A stretch of DNA of 64,000 bases from Haliotis cracherodii. Lineage: Eukaryota. Numbering within the stretch: the first letter of the stretch is position 1; each line of letters opens with the position of its first letter. A program made the position numbers and the translations under genes. The notes under the pieces are model-generated. The model did no database searches. It saw only the letters and a program-made list of their open reading frames with translations, and had not been told where the DNA came from. The stretch covers positions 21,638,001 through 21,702,000 of the forward strand of contig NW_027266341.1 of the NCBI RefSeq assembly GCF_022045235.1, in the 5' to 3' direction. Shown here piece after piece: positions 22,405 through 34,066 of the stretch.

Positions 22405-23295
22405 ATTATTATTCCCACAACCTAAAAGGGTGGGGTATATGTAGTTATACCAAAGAATTCCATCTGTCCGTCCTTCCGAGGACATTGGAAACTACCCCAT
22501 AGATGCTTTTCAAACTTGACCGCCTCTGTGGTTTATTAGTAGAGCGGCCGTGTCATACCAAAAGACATTAAAAGATGGTACTTGTTGTTACCCTGTCTGG
22601 CGCTTGGCATTAAGGGGCTAAAACAAGGACTGGTCGGCTCAGAGTCAGTATACTGTGTCTGAGTGGGGTATTCATGTTAAACTGCGGCATGGTATCTCAG
22701 TGGGCTAGCACTATAAATCGGCATCAGTCCGGACTAGTATAAGCAGCCACACAAACACACACGTACGTGCATGCGCATCGCTATATAAGTGCAATAATCT
22801 TGGACGCGACTTAAAACCCAATTTCACCTCACCTCACCTTTTTAAACTTGGTGAACACTTGCTACACCAATTAAAGGTGCATAATACAGCTATTTTTCAT
22901 TTTTTTACATAGAAGTTTTTTACTTAAGCATTTGTGTGACCTAAAACTTGAAAACTGTCTCATGGATTCTTTTTAAATTAGAGTTTCCATACAACTAGAA
23001 GAAGTGCAGTGCAAAGTTTGATTTGATATGTGTATTTTCTGGAGAAAAAAATATGAATATTTTGCATGTTTTGAACTAAAAATATTTTTACTTTAACGTT
23101 TGTGCAACCTATAACTTAAAAACTACTTCCTGGATTCTTTTCCAATTAGGGATACAGTTTCTATACCAATAGGAAAGGGGCAGTGCAAAGTCTGATATCG
23201 ATAAGTGGATTTTCTGAGAAAATATTGCTTTTTTTCATGTTTTGAACATAGAAAAAAAATTTATACTCTGACCTAAACGGGCAAAGCTTGCCAAT
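22405..23295 (+). mobile_element. Helentron-associated (HINE/DINE-like) element with internal ~170-bp tandem unit
   Basis: 5' hairpin CCCAC...GTGGGG, TCCATCTGTCCGTCC microsatellite, duplicated internal block (~22920-23260), 3' palindrome GGCAAAGCTTGCC. Confidence 0.55.
22518..22839 (+). mobile_element. tRNA-derived SINE family D with Meta/MESC-like core
   Basis: Core GTCATACCAAAAGACATTAAAAGATGGTACTTGTTGTTACCCTGTCTGGCGCTTGGCATTAAGGG resembles the Meta/MESC SINE domain (recalled, not searched). Other copies 26000-26307(-), 28120-28385(+), 36895-37160(+), 51551-52217(-), 56473-56815(+). Confidence 0.85.
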
Positions 23296-24051
23296 GATGA
23301 ACCAGTGCATCTTTGAATCATGCTATTACTATTTTATATTATTGTTCTTTTGAAGAGTAACTCAATCGTTAAGTCAGCAATATATCTGCAACATCAAACT
23401 TGTTCTTAAGCTGCTGTTGGAGTCAAGGTTGGCGGTATCAGTGAGCCTTGCTCACTTTTTGCCTTTGTTTTTCAATTGTTTCAATTTGTAATATGACTTA
23501 CATATGGATATCTAACTGATAACATGGATGATCAAGTTCTTTGTAACAATTGTAGCAACATTTCGGTGTATGTTCTGATACCATTATTGAACAAGTAAAA
23601 TCGCAGTGCGAATCTGGACCATCTCGTCAGCTATTTCAATACCCAAGCATTTGTCCTTTGCAGTTTGTTATATCAAGGACTGACAAATTATGGATAGAAA
23701 TATTTCTTGACAATTTGTTTCATTGATATGTAGATCTTGTACTGGAAGGTTTTACTAAATTAAAAAACAAACAGAATCTAATGATGAATTTTGTAGGCAG
23801 TACGTTGTCATCTATGACTGATATGGACCTAGGCTCCCAACCTTGTGTGAATGAATGAGAGTTTGATAACTGGAGACATCCTTCTTGGCATCATGTAATA
23901 ACAGAGATCATTGGATGTATGTACCAGTTGATGTAGTAGGTGAAAGATTGATAGACCAAGGTTCAATATTCCTTATACACTCTAGTGCTGGTGGCGCAGT
24001 TAAAACATGCTCAGGGTGCCCTTGTACAAAGTGATCTTTGCACTGAGGTAA

Positions 24052-24190
24052 TGGATTGGTTGCTTTGTTGTTTAAAGCCGCACTCAGCAATATTCCAGCT
24101 GTATGACGGCGGTCTGTAAATAATCCAGTCTGGACCAGACAATCCAGTGATTAATATCATGCGCATCAATCCACGCAATCTGGATCGATG
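24052..24190 (-). mobile_element. SINE family A, 3' part
   Basis: Reverse complement match to the family-A 3' half. Confidence 0.85.
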
Positions 24191-25037
24191 AGGTGATCGA
24201 AACTCGCATACCTTAATACGCCTTGTTGCCTGAATGGCACACTTAGAAATTATTTTTTTTAACAACGTTGCCTTATTACCGGTACAATGTTTATCATATG
24301 AAACCATAAATGCACATGGAAAATTATGAATATATGCTTAACATGCTTATGCACTGTATGATCCACAAAATAAGTTTGGGTATTCAGAAATAACAAACTT
24401 TAAACATTGCCTCTGCTTGTTATCAAGCCTTAGTGAAATTACTTTCACCAATTTTGATGATGGATGTTAATTATTTTTCTAGTTAGCACGCTCTAATTAC
24501 AAGAAACCAACTTAACATCTTTATGAAAGTCCTGTGGCAAACTTGTAAAACAACATTTCTATCCCTGGAGAGTTGTATGAGTTTCGTTTTAGATTTTTTG
24601 TGATGAGTGCAAGTTATGGAATTATAAAGACATGCTGTCAATACATCATATGAAAGTAAATTGTTAAAATTTTAGCATAGCTATTATATTTATGACTGAT
24701 TAAGTAATCTAAATCAGTAATCACTCCATTGCGCCACTTGATTGCCTGGTCTGCACACACTATCACTGGAGTGTCTGGTCCATACTGTCTGGTTCACATT
24801 CGCTATCACTGGATTGTCTGGTCTACACTGTCTGGTCCACACTCACTATCACTGGATTCTTTGGTATAGATTTGATTGTTTACAGACTGCGTTTGTATGG
24901 CAAGAGTATTTTTCATGACCCTCTTCACGACCCTTTTCACGAACACCTGGTGTTATCAGTGATTCTCATTGATCAATTCATATACTTTTCACCACTATTT
25001 TGTCTTTTACGCCCAGTGGAATCTGTTTCAGCAGATA

Positions 25038-25266
25038 GACCTGTGAAGACCCAGGTAAAGATTAGGTCTTCAGCAACCCATGCATCCCATACATGGCAAC
25101 CAAGATTGTCCTAACGGCGACTAACGGGATCTGGGAGTCAGACTCACTGACTTGGTTGATGCATGTCATCGATACCAATTGCATGGATTGATGCTCATGA
25201 TGTCAATCACCGGATTGTCTTATCCAGACTTAAACTTAAAATAGCAAACAAACAAACAAACAAACA
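25038..25266 (+). mobile_element. SINE family A, diverged
   Basis: Head and core match, (AAAC)n tail. Confidence 0.8.
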
Positions 25267-25451
25267 ATGTTTTAGGCAGATAACCAAGACTGATTATTCT
25301 CTGGTGTTGATGTTTTATATTTATCTGACAGTGGTGGTAGACAGTAGTAGCCACTATTACAAAATACTCAGTGATTGAGTGTGGTTATTATGCTGGTTGC
25401 TGATACAAACATTGGTTATAATAGGAATTACATGTCACATTGGAAGGTGAG

Positions 25452-25998
25452 CATCTTCCTGAGGCAAGTGAGTTAACTGACTATAAAAGTCCAGTTTCCA
25501 CCCTTGCCGAACTAGGCTGGTATTATGGAGTTCTATTTTGGCTGGACTAACGAGTCAATGCATAGTTCAATCAAAATTGCGCACCGAAATCGAAATCCGG
25601 TTCGTAAAGTGTCATGCACATTTTGGTCGACTGCAGGATTTGCAAAACATGTGCACCACTAACTCGTTGTCAACAGATATTTTCTAAATATTTTCATGTT
25701 TTAAATCAAGGTGCTCACGTGATTTGATGAACTTCGCTATGTAAGACTTGTTTTATCATAATGCAGATCTTGATAATCGATCAGATCGTCTTGACTGGGC
25801 GCCACTGTGTTGTTTGAAGCAAATGCAGGTGATACGAGAGGTGGAATCTGATTGGTCAATAGGATAGGCATATAGAAGGGACATAACTCTAAATAGCCAC
25901 TGGTGGTGCTACGATCAAGCCCAGGAATCCCAGCTTTGCTCCGCAAGGGTGGAAACTGGACTTTTAAAGTCAGTTAATTCTCTTGCCTCGGGAAGATG
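25452..25998. mobile_element. Mutator-like (9-bp TSD) MITE, copy 1
   Basis: ~70-bp TIRs CATCTTCC...; TSD GAAGGTGAG at 25443-25451 and 25999-26007. Confidence 0.9.
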
Positions 25999-26744
25999 GA
26001 AGGTGAGGTGAAATGCAGTTTAGTTGCATTCAAGATTATAACTTGTATGTATGTACTTGTATGTGTCCGTGTGTGTGTGACTGTTTGCACTAGTCTGGAC
26101 AAATGACAGTTTTATAGTGCCAGCCCACTGAGATTCAATGTCGATACCATGCCAAGCCAACCAGTCCTTGTTTAACCCCCTTGATGCCTAGCGCTAGGCA
26201 GGGTAACAACAAGTACCATCTTTTAACATCTTATGGTAAGACGTGGCTTATGACTGACCTTAGGCTCTCTGGGCAGACACTCTAGCCACGACACCATGAA
26301 GGCGGTCTTTCGCAAAGGGGAAGGTGGTTGTAGGCCATGATCAGAATGAGGCATGATGGGACAAAGGCTATTCTACTGCCTTACATGAAGATGGTCAGAT
26401 TGATGAGGTCTTTACCGTAATCATTCACAGCATAACAGCATATCATTACAGGAAGGCAGAGGTCTCGTGTCTGATGAAATAAAATTGACTAAACTTGATA
26501 TTATTCTCCGTCAAATGTGATGTAATATGGATCTTAGAAGACTCAGGGATGACATTGATGAAGAAATTAACTTGATTTAGCATTTTCTTAGATTTCATTT
26601 GTGAAGGGGATTCAGAAAGATCTTGATATAAAGTATCTGACATTTAACAACACATGGAGTAGCTCCCTATGTGGATTCAGGGGCATAGATCCCAAATCCC
26701 TTGTTCTTCTTGCAAGAGGCTACTATTGACGGAGTATTGTTTTA

Positions 26745-27035
26745 TCCACTTATAGCAATATTCCAGCAATAGCATGGCGGGAGACACCAGAAATGGGCCT
26801 CACTCATTGAACCCATGTTGGGAATCGAACCTGGGTCTTCGGCGTGATGAGCAAACGTTTTAACCACTAGGCTACCTGACCTCCCCATGTGAGTGAGTGA
26901 CTTGGGTTTAATGCTTTTTGTAATATTCGGGCAAGATCATGGCAGGGGACATCAGAAATGGGTTTCACACATTGGACCATGTGGGGGATGGAACTCATAA
27001 TGAGTGAATACTTTAACCCCAAGGCTACCTCATCA
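26745..27035 (-). mobile_element. Two adjacent family-B SINEs
   Basis: Reverse complement matches to 6098-6264. Confidence 0.85.
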
Positions 27036-27202
27036 CTACAGCTCAGGTTTAGGTCTGGGTGCTCACAATGTGTGACCAGGCTAATAGTGTCATTGTACCC
27101 CGACACCTGAGATAGTTACTCATGCTGTCAACCATTGGTTTGACAGCTGTATTTGGCAGCCTACAGCACAAAACAAATGTCAGTCACTGTAGCGTCTTCA
27201 TT

Positions 27203-27485
27203 GAGTGAGTGAGTGAGTTTGGTTTAAAGCCCCTATTAACATTATTCCAGTTATATCACCGAGTGTCAACTTAATGTGAGAGGAAAGCCTGAAATGGTGC
27301 AGGTCTAAGACGTTTACCACTTCGGTGAAACCCACAAGCACAGGTATGGTGCTGACAAACCTAGAAACATAATCGGGTCGAAGCGGGATTCGAACCCACA
27401 ATCATAGGTTTATGGCGTGCCCAAGGGACGCAACTCTGCACAGCGAATCACGGAGCCTTAGACAACTGGGCCACCCGTGCCCCCA
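27203..27485 (-). mobile_element. SINE family C
   Basis: Reverse complement of 2285-2564. Confidence 0.9.
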
Positions 27486-28437
27486 CGTGTTTATTGCAGC
27501 ATCTCCTTGAACAAAGGTCTTCTATTTCCATGAGGGTAGCCTTGCTCCAGGACTGTAATAAAGGCTAAGTCCATGGATGTAAAGTAATTATATATTTATG
27601 TCCTTGTATTGGGCAAGTCTAGATAAGCCTAAGTACTAAGGATGGAGATCTTTTTCGGAACAACATGTTCTTTTTAATAATGTGATCTTGGAATTATGAT
27701 CTAAACTAATTTGAGACATTTGGAACTCTTCTATTAGGTCTGCAATGCAAACTTTAGCCCCAAGCTATCCTTGCGCCAAAGCTCAACTGAAGTCGATGAA
27801 TGTATAGTAATTCTATCATTTATAAAGGCAAGTCTAGGTAAATGGACAGGTTTATGATTTAGATTAATAATCATTTCCTTAGATACTTGTGCAAGTCTAG
27901 CCCCAAGCAAGAATCCTGAGTTTTGTAAACTTTTGATCAGTCTAGTTTGATTGGCTTGTAATCGCCATATAATAACAATAAAACCTACTGAGCATGATCC
28001 TCAGGGCCAAGTTTGGACTGGCAGACTCATAAGTGTTAGGCCTAGTCTGAAAATATGTAATTCGATTGGTCTTTTCCATTTACAGTATTCCCATATTGAC
28101 CAATCCTTTCACAGTGGACAGCTTCTGTGGTCTAGTGGAAAGAGCGTCGGCCTGAAGGGCGTAAGGGCCGATCCCTCGGCCGAGTTATACCAAAAGACAT
28201 TACAAGATGGGGTAGTTGTTAACTTGACTCCGCATGTCACGAGCAAAATAAAGTCTGGCCGGGTCTGAGTCAATGTACTGTGTCTGAAAATTACAGACAA
28301 TTACATATACACATGTATATGCATGCATGCTGCTATATAAGTGCAATAACCTTGAACACGCCATTATACCCCATTTCTCCCCTCAACGTTATAATGTATG
28401 GAATTCTGATTCAAATGACTTTCACAATTATAAATAG

Positions 28438-29895
28438 ACCCGTGAAGATCTGGGTTTTTCAGCAACCCATACATGCCGTAAAAGGAGACAATGCTTGTCA
28501 TAAGAGGCGACTACCACTCCTTGACTTGGTTGATGCATGTCATCGTATCTCTATTGTGTGGATCGATGCTAATGATGTCAATCACAGGATTTTCCGGTCC
28601 AGACTCAAATATTTACAGACTCCCACCATATAGCTAGAATATTGCTGAGTGCGGCGTTTAACAACAACAAACAAACAAACAAATAAAAATAAGCTCCCCT
28701 AAAACCTACACCCATAAATCACTGTCTCCCAGTAAATAAAGGTGGATTTGTTTTATAGTATCTTGACATGGATCATTGCTCATGAATTATTGTGGTGATT
28801 CAGCTATTTCCATGACAGTGATGCTGTAATACTGGTGCTTCTGCCTCCATCCATTCACTCCCCGGCGACTACGCTTGTCGTAAAAGGCGACTGCTGGGAT
28901 TGGGTGGTCAGGCTTGCTGACTTGGTTGATGCATGTCATCGTATCTCTACTGTGTGGATCGATGCTCATGATGTCAATCACAGGATTTTCCGGTCCAGAC
29001 TCAAATATTTACAGACTGCCACCATATAGCTAGAATATTGCTGAGTGCGGCGTTTAACAACAACAAACAAACAAACAAATAAAAATAAGCTCCCCTAAAA
29101 CCTACACCCATAAATCACTGTCTCCCAGTAAATAAAGGTGGATTTGTTTTATAGTATCTTGACATGGATCATTGCTCATTACATCAACCATTGATTGTTG
29201 TGGTGATTCAACTATTTCCATGACAGTGATGCTGTAATACTGGTGCTTCTGCCTTCATCCGTTCACTCCCCAGTGACTACGCTTGTCGTAAAAGGCGACT
29301 GCTGGGATTGGGTGGTCAGGCTTGCTGACTTGGTTGATGCATGTCATCGATCCAAACTGCGTGGATCGATGCTCATGATATTAATCAATGGATTGTCTGG
29401 TCCAGACTTGATTATTTGCATACCGCCGTCATATAGCTGGAATACTGCTGAGTGCGGCGTTTAACAACAACAAACAAACAAACAAATAAAAATAAACTCC
29501 CCTAAAACTTACACCCATAAATCACTGTCTCCCAGTAAATAAAGGTGGATTTGTTTTATGGTATCTTGACATGGATCATTGCTCATGACATCAACCATTG
29601 ATTGTTGTTGTGATTCAACCATTTCCATGACAGTGATGCTGTAATACTGGTGCTTCTGCCTTCATCCGTTCACTCCCCGGCGACTACGCTTGTCGTAAAA
29701 GGCAACTGCTGGGATTGGGTGGTCAGGCTTGCTGACTTGGTTGATGCATGTCATCGATCCAAACTGCGTGGATCGATGCTCATGATATTAACCAATGGAT
29801 TGTCTGGTCCAGACTTGATTATTTGCAGACCGCCGTCATATAGCTGGAATATTGCTGAGTGCAGCGTTAAACAACAAACCAACCAACCAAACCAA
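28438..29895 (+). repeat. Tandem ~400-bp unit (family-A SINE plus unique spacer): 4 SINE copies, 3 spacers
   Basis: Spacer CTCCCCTAAAACCTACACCCATAAATCACTG... recurs at ~28694, ~29089 and ~29497. Confidence 0.9.
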
Positions 29896-30478
29896 TCACT
29901 CCCTGGCTCGATCACTACACAATTATAACTGTAACATATGTGAAATTTACAGCTATAAAAGTAGTGTATACATGGCTTAAGAAATGTGCCGCAAGACATA
30001 GTGTCACATTCACGTTGTGCTTCACCATGTACTGTATCAATCATTTACACAATTTTAGAATATTTCAATTTTATATATAAAACTTCGAAATGAATAGCTC
30101 TTTTCTCTTGAGCAGTTCCAGAGTTTTGACATGCCCAGGGCTATCACTACCTATTTCCTCCATCATGATTTCTTCCTTTCCACTGTGACATTTAACAGGC
30201 AGAATTTCTTTTGATTTTGACGTAATTCTCCCTTTCATATTGTGCAAGTTGTCAAGGTTTGTCAGACTTCCCAGCATGCAATTGGTGACATTCCCCTTCA
30301 AGCGTCATCTTTGCTCATTTTGCTATCAAAATTCATCATATTGACACATACGAGACATTTTGTCTCTCCGAGGGAGGCCCATGAGATAATGATCTCACAC
30401 CATGGAGTGTCTCTCAACAGATTTTAACTCTTATCGACTTGTAGAAGGTGCTCATTTATAAAACAGGAAATAATTGAA

Positions 30479-30649
30479 GCAGTCCTGATGGCATTGGCAC
30501 AGTATGGAACACTGTTAATGACGGCTGATTATGGCCGTTTAAAGATCGCAATGTGTTTGGTCTCAGTCATGCATGAGTGACTGTCTCCCCTTACAAGAAC
30601 TCTTGCTGTCAGTTCATTGTAAACTGCACATGAAGTGTGTTTCGGCACG
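30479..30649 (+). ncRNA. Candidate five-way-junction RNA domain followed by a UUCG hairpin
   Basis: Closing stem 30486-93/30604-11; hairpins 30494-99/30513-18, 30520-27/30532-39, 30543-48/30558-63, 30564-70/30577-83; GTGT-TTCG-GCAC at ~30637-30648. Confidence 0.55.
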
Positions 30650-31269
30650 TGTTAAGGTATGTCGCACTGATTAAATTCCGGTCAATGAATAAAAGTGATC
30701 TGTTTCTAGATTAAAGGCATGTTGTACTGGTGTTCCAGATAGGTGATTAAACAGTAGGACTGTAAGTCATTTTCCTTGAATGACCCTCCTTTTGTTACTA
30801 TTTGTTGACAATAGTTCTTTTTGTCAGGATGTTTATAGATAGCTGGGTCATTATGGTTTCTATGCACAACTAAAAGATGGAAATATTTCTTATAAATACA
30901 TTTCAGCTTGACATTGTTGATTTTTTAGTGTCTTCACTCAAATTGCCAGAAGTTAAAAGCTAGCTGGGCCATTTGTTTTTTAAGCACATTGAAAAAAGAT
31001 GGAAAAATAATAAAGTAAAGTAAATTTCAGCTTGGCTTTGTCACCTTGATTGTAAAGAAAGACATTTGATAACAAAGTTGTTGTTTGCACTGCTTAGAGA
31101 AAACACACAACTATTTCTTGTAAGGAAATCCAAGCCGTGCTCCAAGCTTTAGGTGCACTTTTGTAGGAATCCATTTTAATCTTCATGTGAGCCTGTGTCA
31201 AAACATGTTGTCCGTTGTCTGTCTCCAGTGTTTGTATGTTGCCATCTCCTAGCCTTCTTAAATCCTTGA

Positions 31270-31547
31270 TGGGGCACGGGTGGCCCAGTCGTCTAAGGCG
31301 TCGTGATTCGCTGTGCAGAGTTGCGTCCCTTGGGCACGCCAGAAACCTATGATTGTGGGTTCAAATCCCGGTTCGCCCCAATTATGTTTCTATGTTTGTC
31401 CGCACCATACCCGTGGTCGTGGGTTTCACCGAAGTGGTAAACGTCTCAGACCTGCATCACTTCGGGCTTTAGTCCCACATTAAGGTGACACGCCGCGATA
31501 TAACTGGAATACTGTTAAAAGCGGCGTTAAACCCAACTTACTCACTT
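31270..31547 (+). mobile_element. SINE family C
   Basis: Full length; TSD CTTAA(A/G)TCCTTGA. Confidence 0.9.
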
Positions 31548-32734
31548 AAGTCCTTGAAGAACTATGACGCTTAGGCCTGATGGTCCCAGCAGTAATGTTC
31601 CTCACTGAATACCACCCTGACTTTAAAACATGGCCTCCAAGGTAGCCATATTGAAACGCTCATTTTGCCCATAACTTATATACGAGATTAACATTATTTG
31701 TTCTTATATTTGTGGTGTTATTAAAAATTTTGAAATTGAACTGTGGCATTCAGTGTTTAACTTTCTGCACATCAAATTATCAATAACTCTGGAAACACAT
31801 ACAATACAGATAATATCAGAAATTTCCTGAAGTCACAGATGTGAGACAACCATGACACACTCTGGAAGGATCTGTGATGTCATGCTGCAGTGCTTGATGT
31901 GACAACAAGACCTACCTCAGTGATTCGAAAGGACATTTTCTTCATTGGCTTTTGGTCCAATGTTTAAAACATTTATGGACCATTTTGGCATGTACGGACC
32001 ACAAATTTCACCCCATGCTCCGTTGATAATTGCAGTGGGTCTTAAATTCAATAAATTAGAAATGATTGCAGCAGAATAAACACTTCAATGTTTATGATCT
32101 TAATTGTGAACTTTACACAATAATATGTCAAGCAATATGTAACCAGTTGAAATCATACATGATCAAAACGTTTTGGAATCAAATATAAGTAAAGAGCCAA
32201 AACCATTTCCATATCTGATAGAATTCTCGGCATAAAGAAGAGTTGATTGTACGATTCTGACTATGTTGGTTTGTTGTTTAACGCCACACTCGGCAATATT
32301 CCAGCTATATGACGACTTGTGAGCATGTCATGAGCATGAGCAAAATATGAATGAATAGTCACTGTTTCAAACAAAGATGGCAGCCAATCTGCGATTCAGA
32401 TGTTATGATGATGAAAATAAATTGTGAACTGCTCACGGCACATGATGATCTCAGTCACTGCTACCTTGTTAACAGAATGTTGAAAAGGAACAACTAAACA
32501 GAAGTGGATCCGATGAATATCGATTCAACTATAAATATTCAAGTAATGCTGTGTCCATTTCAGCAAGTTGATTATCATGTTTTTCAAAATTTGGAATTGA
32601 GGAAAATAAATACAAACCAACAAAGATTCATATGCATGTGGTGAAAATTTCAGAAGATTTTCAGCCAATCAGATTGCACCACACTCCCATTCATTCTGAA
32701 ACTATCATTGTCAAATTGGATATGCATTATTTAT

Positions 32735-33234
32735 CAGACCTCCAGATAAGCAGCAAATTTGCTTGAAATACGCGCAATACATCATGATTACCCAATTATT
32801 TTTTTGCTGAATGCGTACAAATATGCATAAAGAATTTTAAAAATCCAATAGTGTCACAAAACTCGGCCAAATTACCAAATAAAACATTTTCAACTTGCGA
32901 ACCTATATTTCTTTACATATGCTTATCTACAGATCGATGGCTAGCAATGAATAAGGCATAAAGATGCCAAGATGTCTCACATATTGTTAATGAGACATTT
33001 ATAGCGTTGTTGTGAGTTTATGCAACCTGTCACCCACAAATTAGAAGTCACCTGACACAGCATTTAAGCTCAATTATTAAAAGAAATGTCTACTGTTCGA
33101 TGTAAAAATATTCAAAATATTGGACCCAAGGGAGTAAAACTATACTGAATACCAAAAGAAAGCTATCCATACCCAGTATAAATGTTAACGTGAGAGTAAA
33201 TTCTCAGTGGCTGAAAAAATTATCTCGAGTCCAG
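32735..33234. mobile_element. Non-autonomous DNA transposon with CAG termini and 5-bp TSD
   Basis: Degenerate TIR CAGACCTCCAGATAA / TTATCTCGAGTCCAG; TSD TTTAT; related to 38360-38847. Confidence 0.7.
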
Positions 33235-34066
33235 TTTATTTGGAGTGCACAATGGCTTATGTTATGTTAGTTGTTTTAGCAGGTTTTGATAAACCTTTTA
33301 CCCTCGATCACATGACGAAAAAATACTTCTGCATAAGTTAGAGTAGACTAGCATATAGTCCCTTATGATATATAATTTAGAAAGAAACAAGCAACTATGT
33401 TTAAGTTGAAAAGGAGCCCCAGTGAGATTCTGGACCTTTGGAAAATCTAGACTTGCTACATATAGGCTTATAGCATTACAGTACAATCTGGGCAGAATTC
33501 AGAGTAATATGTTTCAGGGACTGTGACACAGGGTAAAAATAGATTCAATGAATCATTTAGAACTGCATGTATGATGTTGCAAATATCTATAACTCAGGTG
33601 AGATTCAGCATCAGCACAAAGCCTCATGGCTGTATCTTCTATTTCATTACAAACTACCATGGTTACTTAAAATATTTATCAGTTTATCAAGAAATGTAAT
33701 TCAAATTAATCATCAATTAAGGTTTTGTTTCACTTCAAAAATACATCAAATAAGAACAGAAATGCCAGTGTTAATTAATTTTCAAACTTTATTCCAGGAA
33801 AAGGTTATATATGTTCCTCATAAGTGTCATCTACAGCGATCTAATCCCATCATTGTCTGGGGACACAGTATGCCAAGTCGTCTCTGTGATTCATTTTCAT
33901 TACATGCCGGTTCATGATACATGTACTATCATTGATAATGATAAGAATTACGTGTCTAAGAAGGAAAGCTTGTTGCAGGCCATGATCAGAGTGAGGCGTG
34001 ATGGGACAAAGGTATTCTACTGCCTTACATGAAGATGATGAGATTGTTTATATTCTTACTATGATC

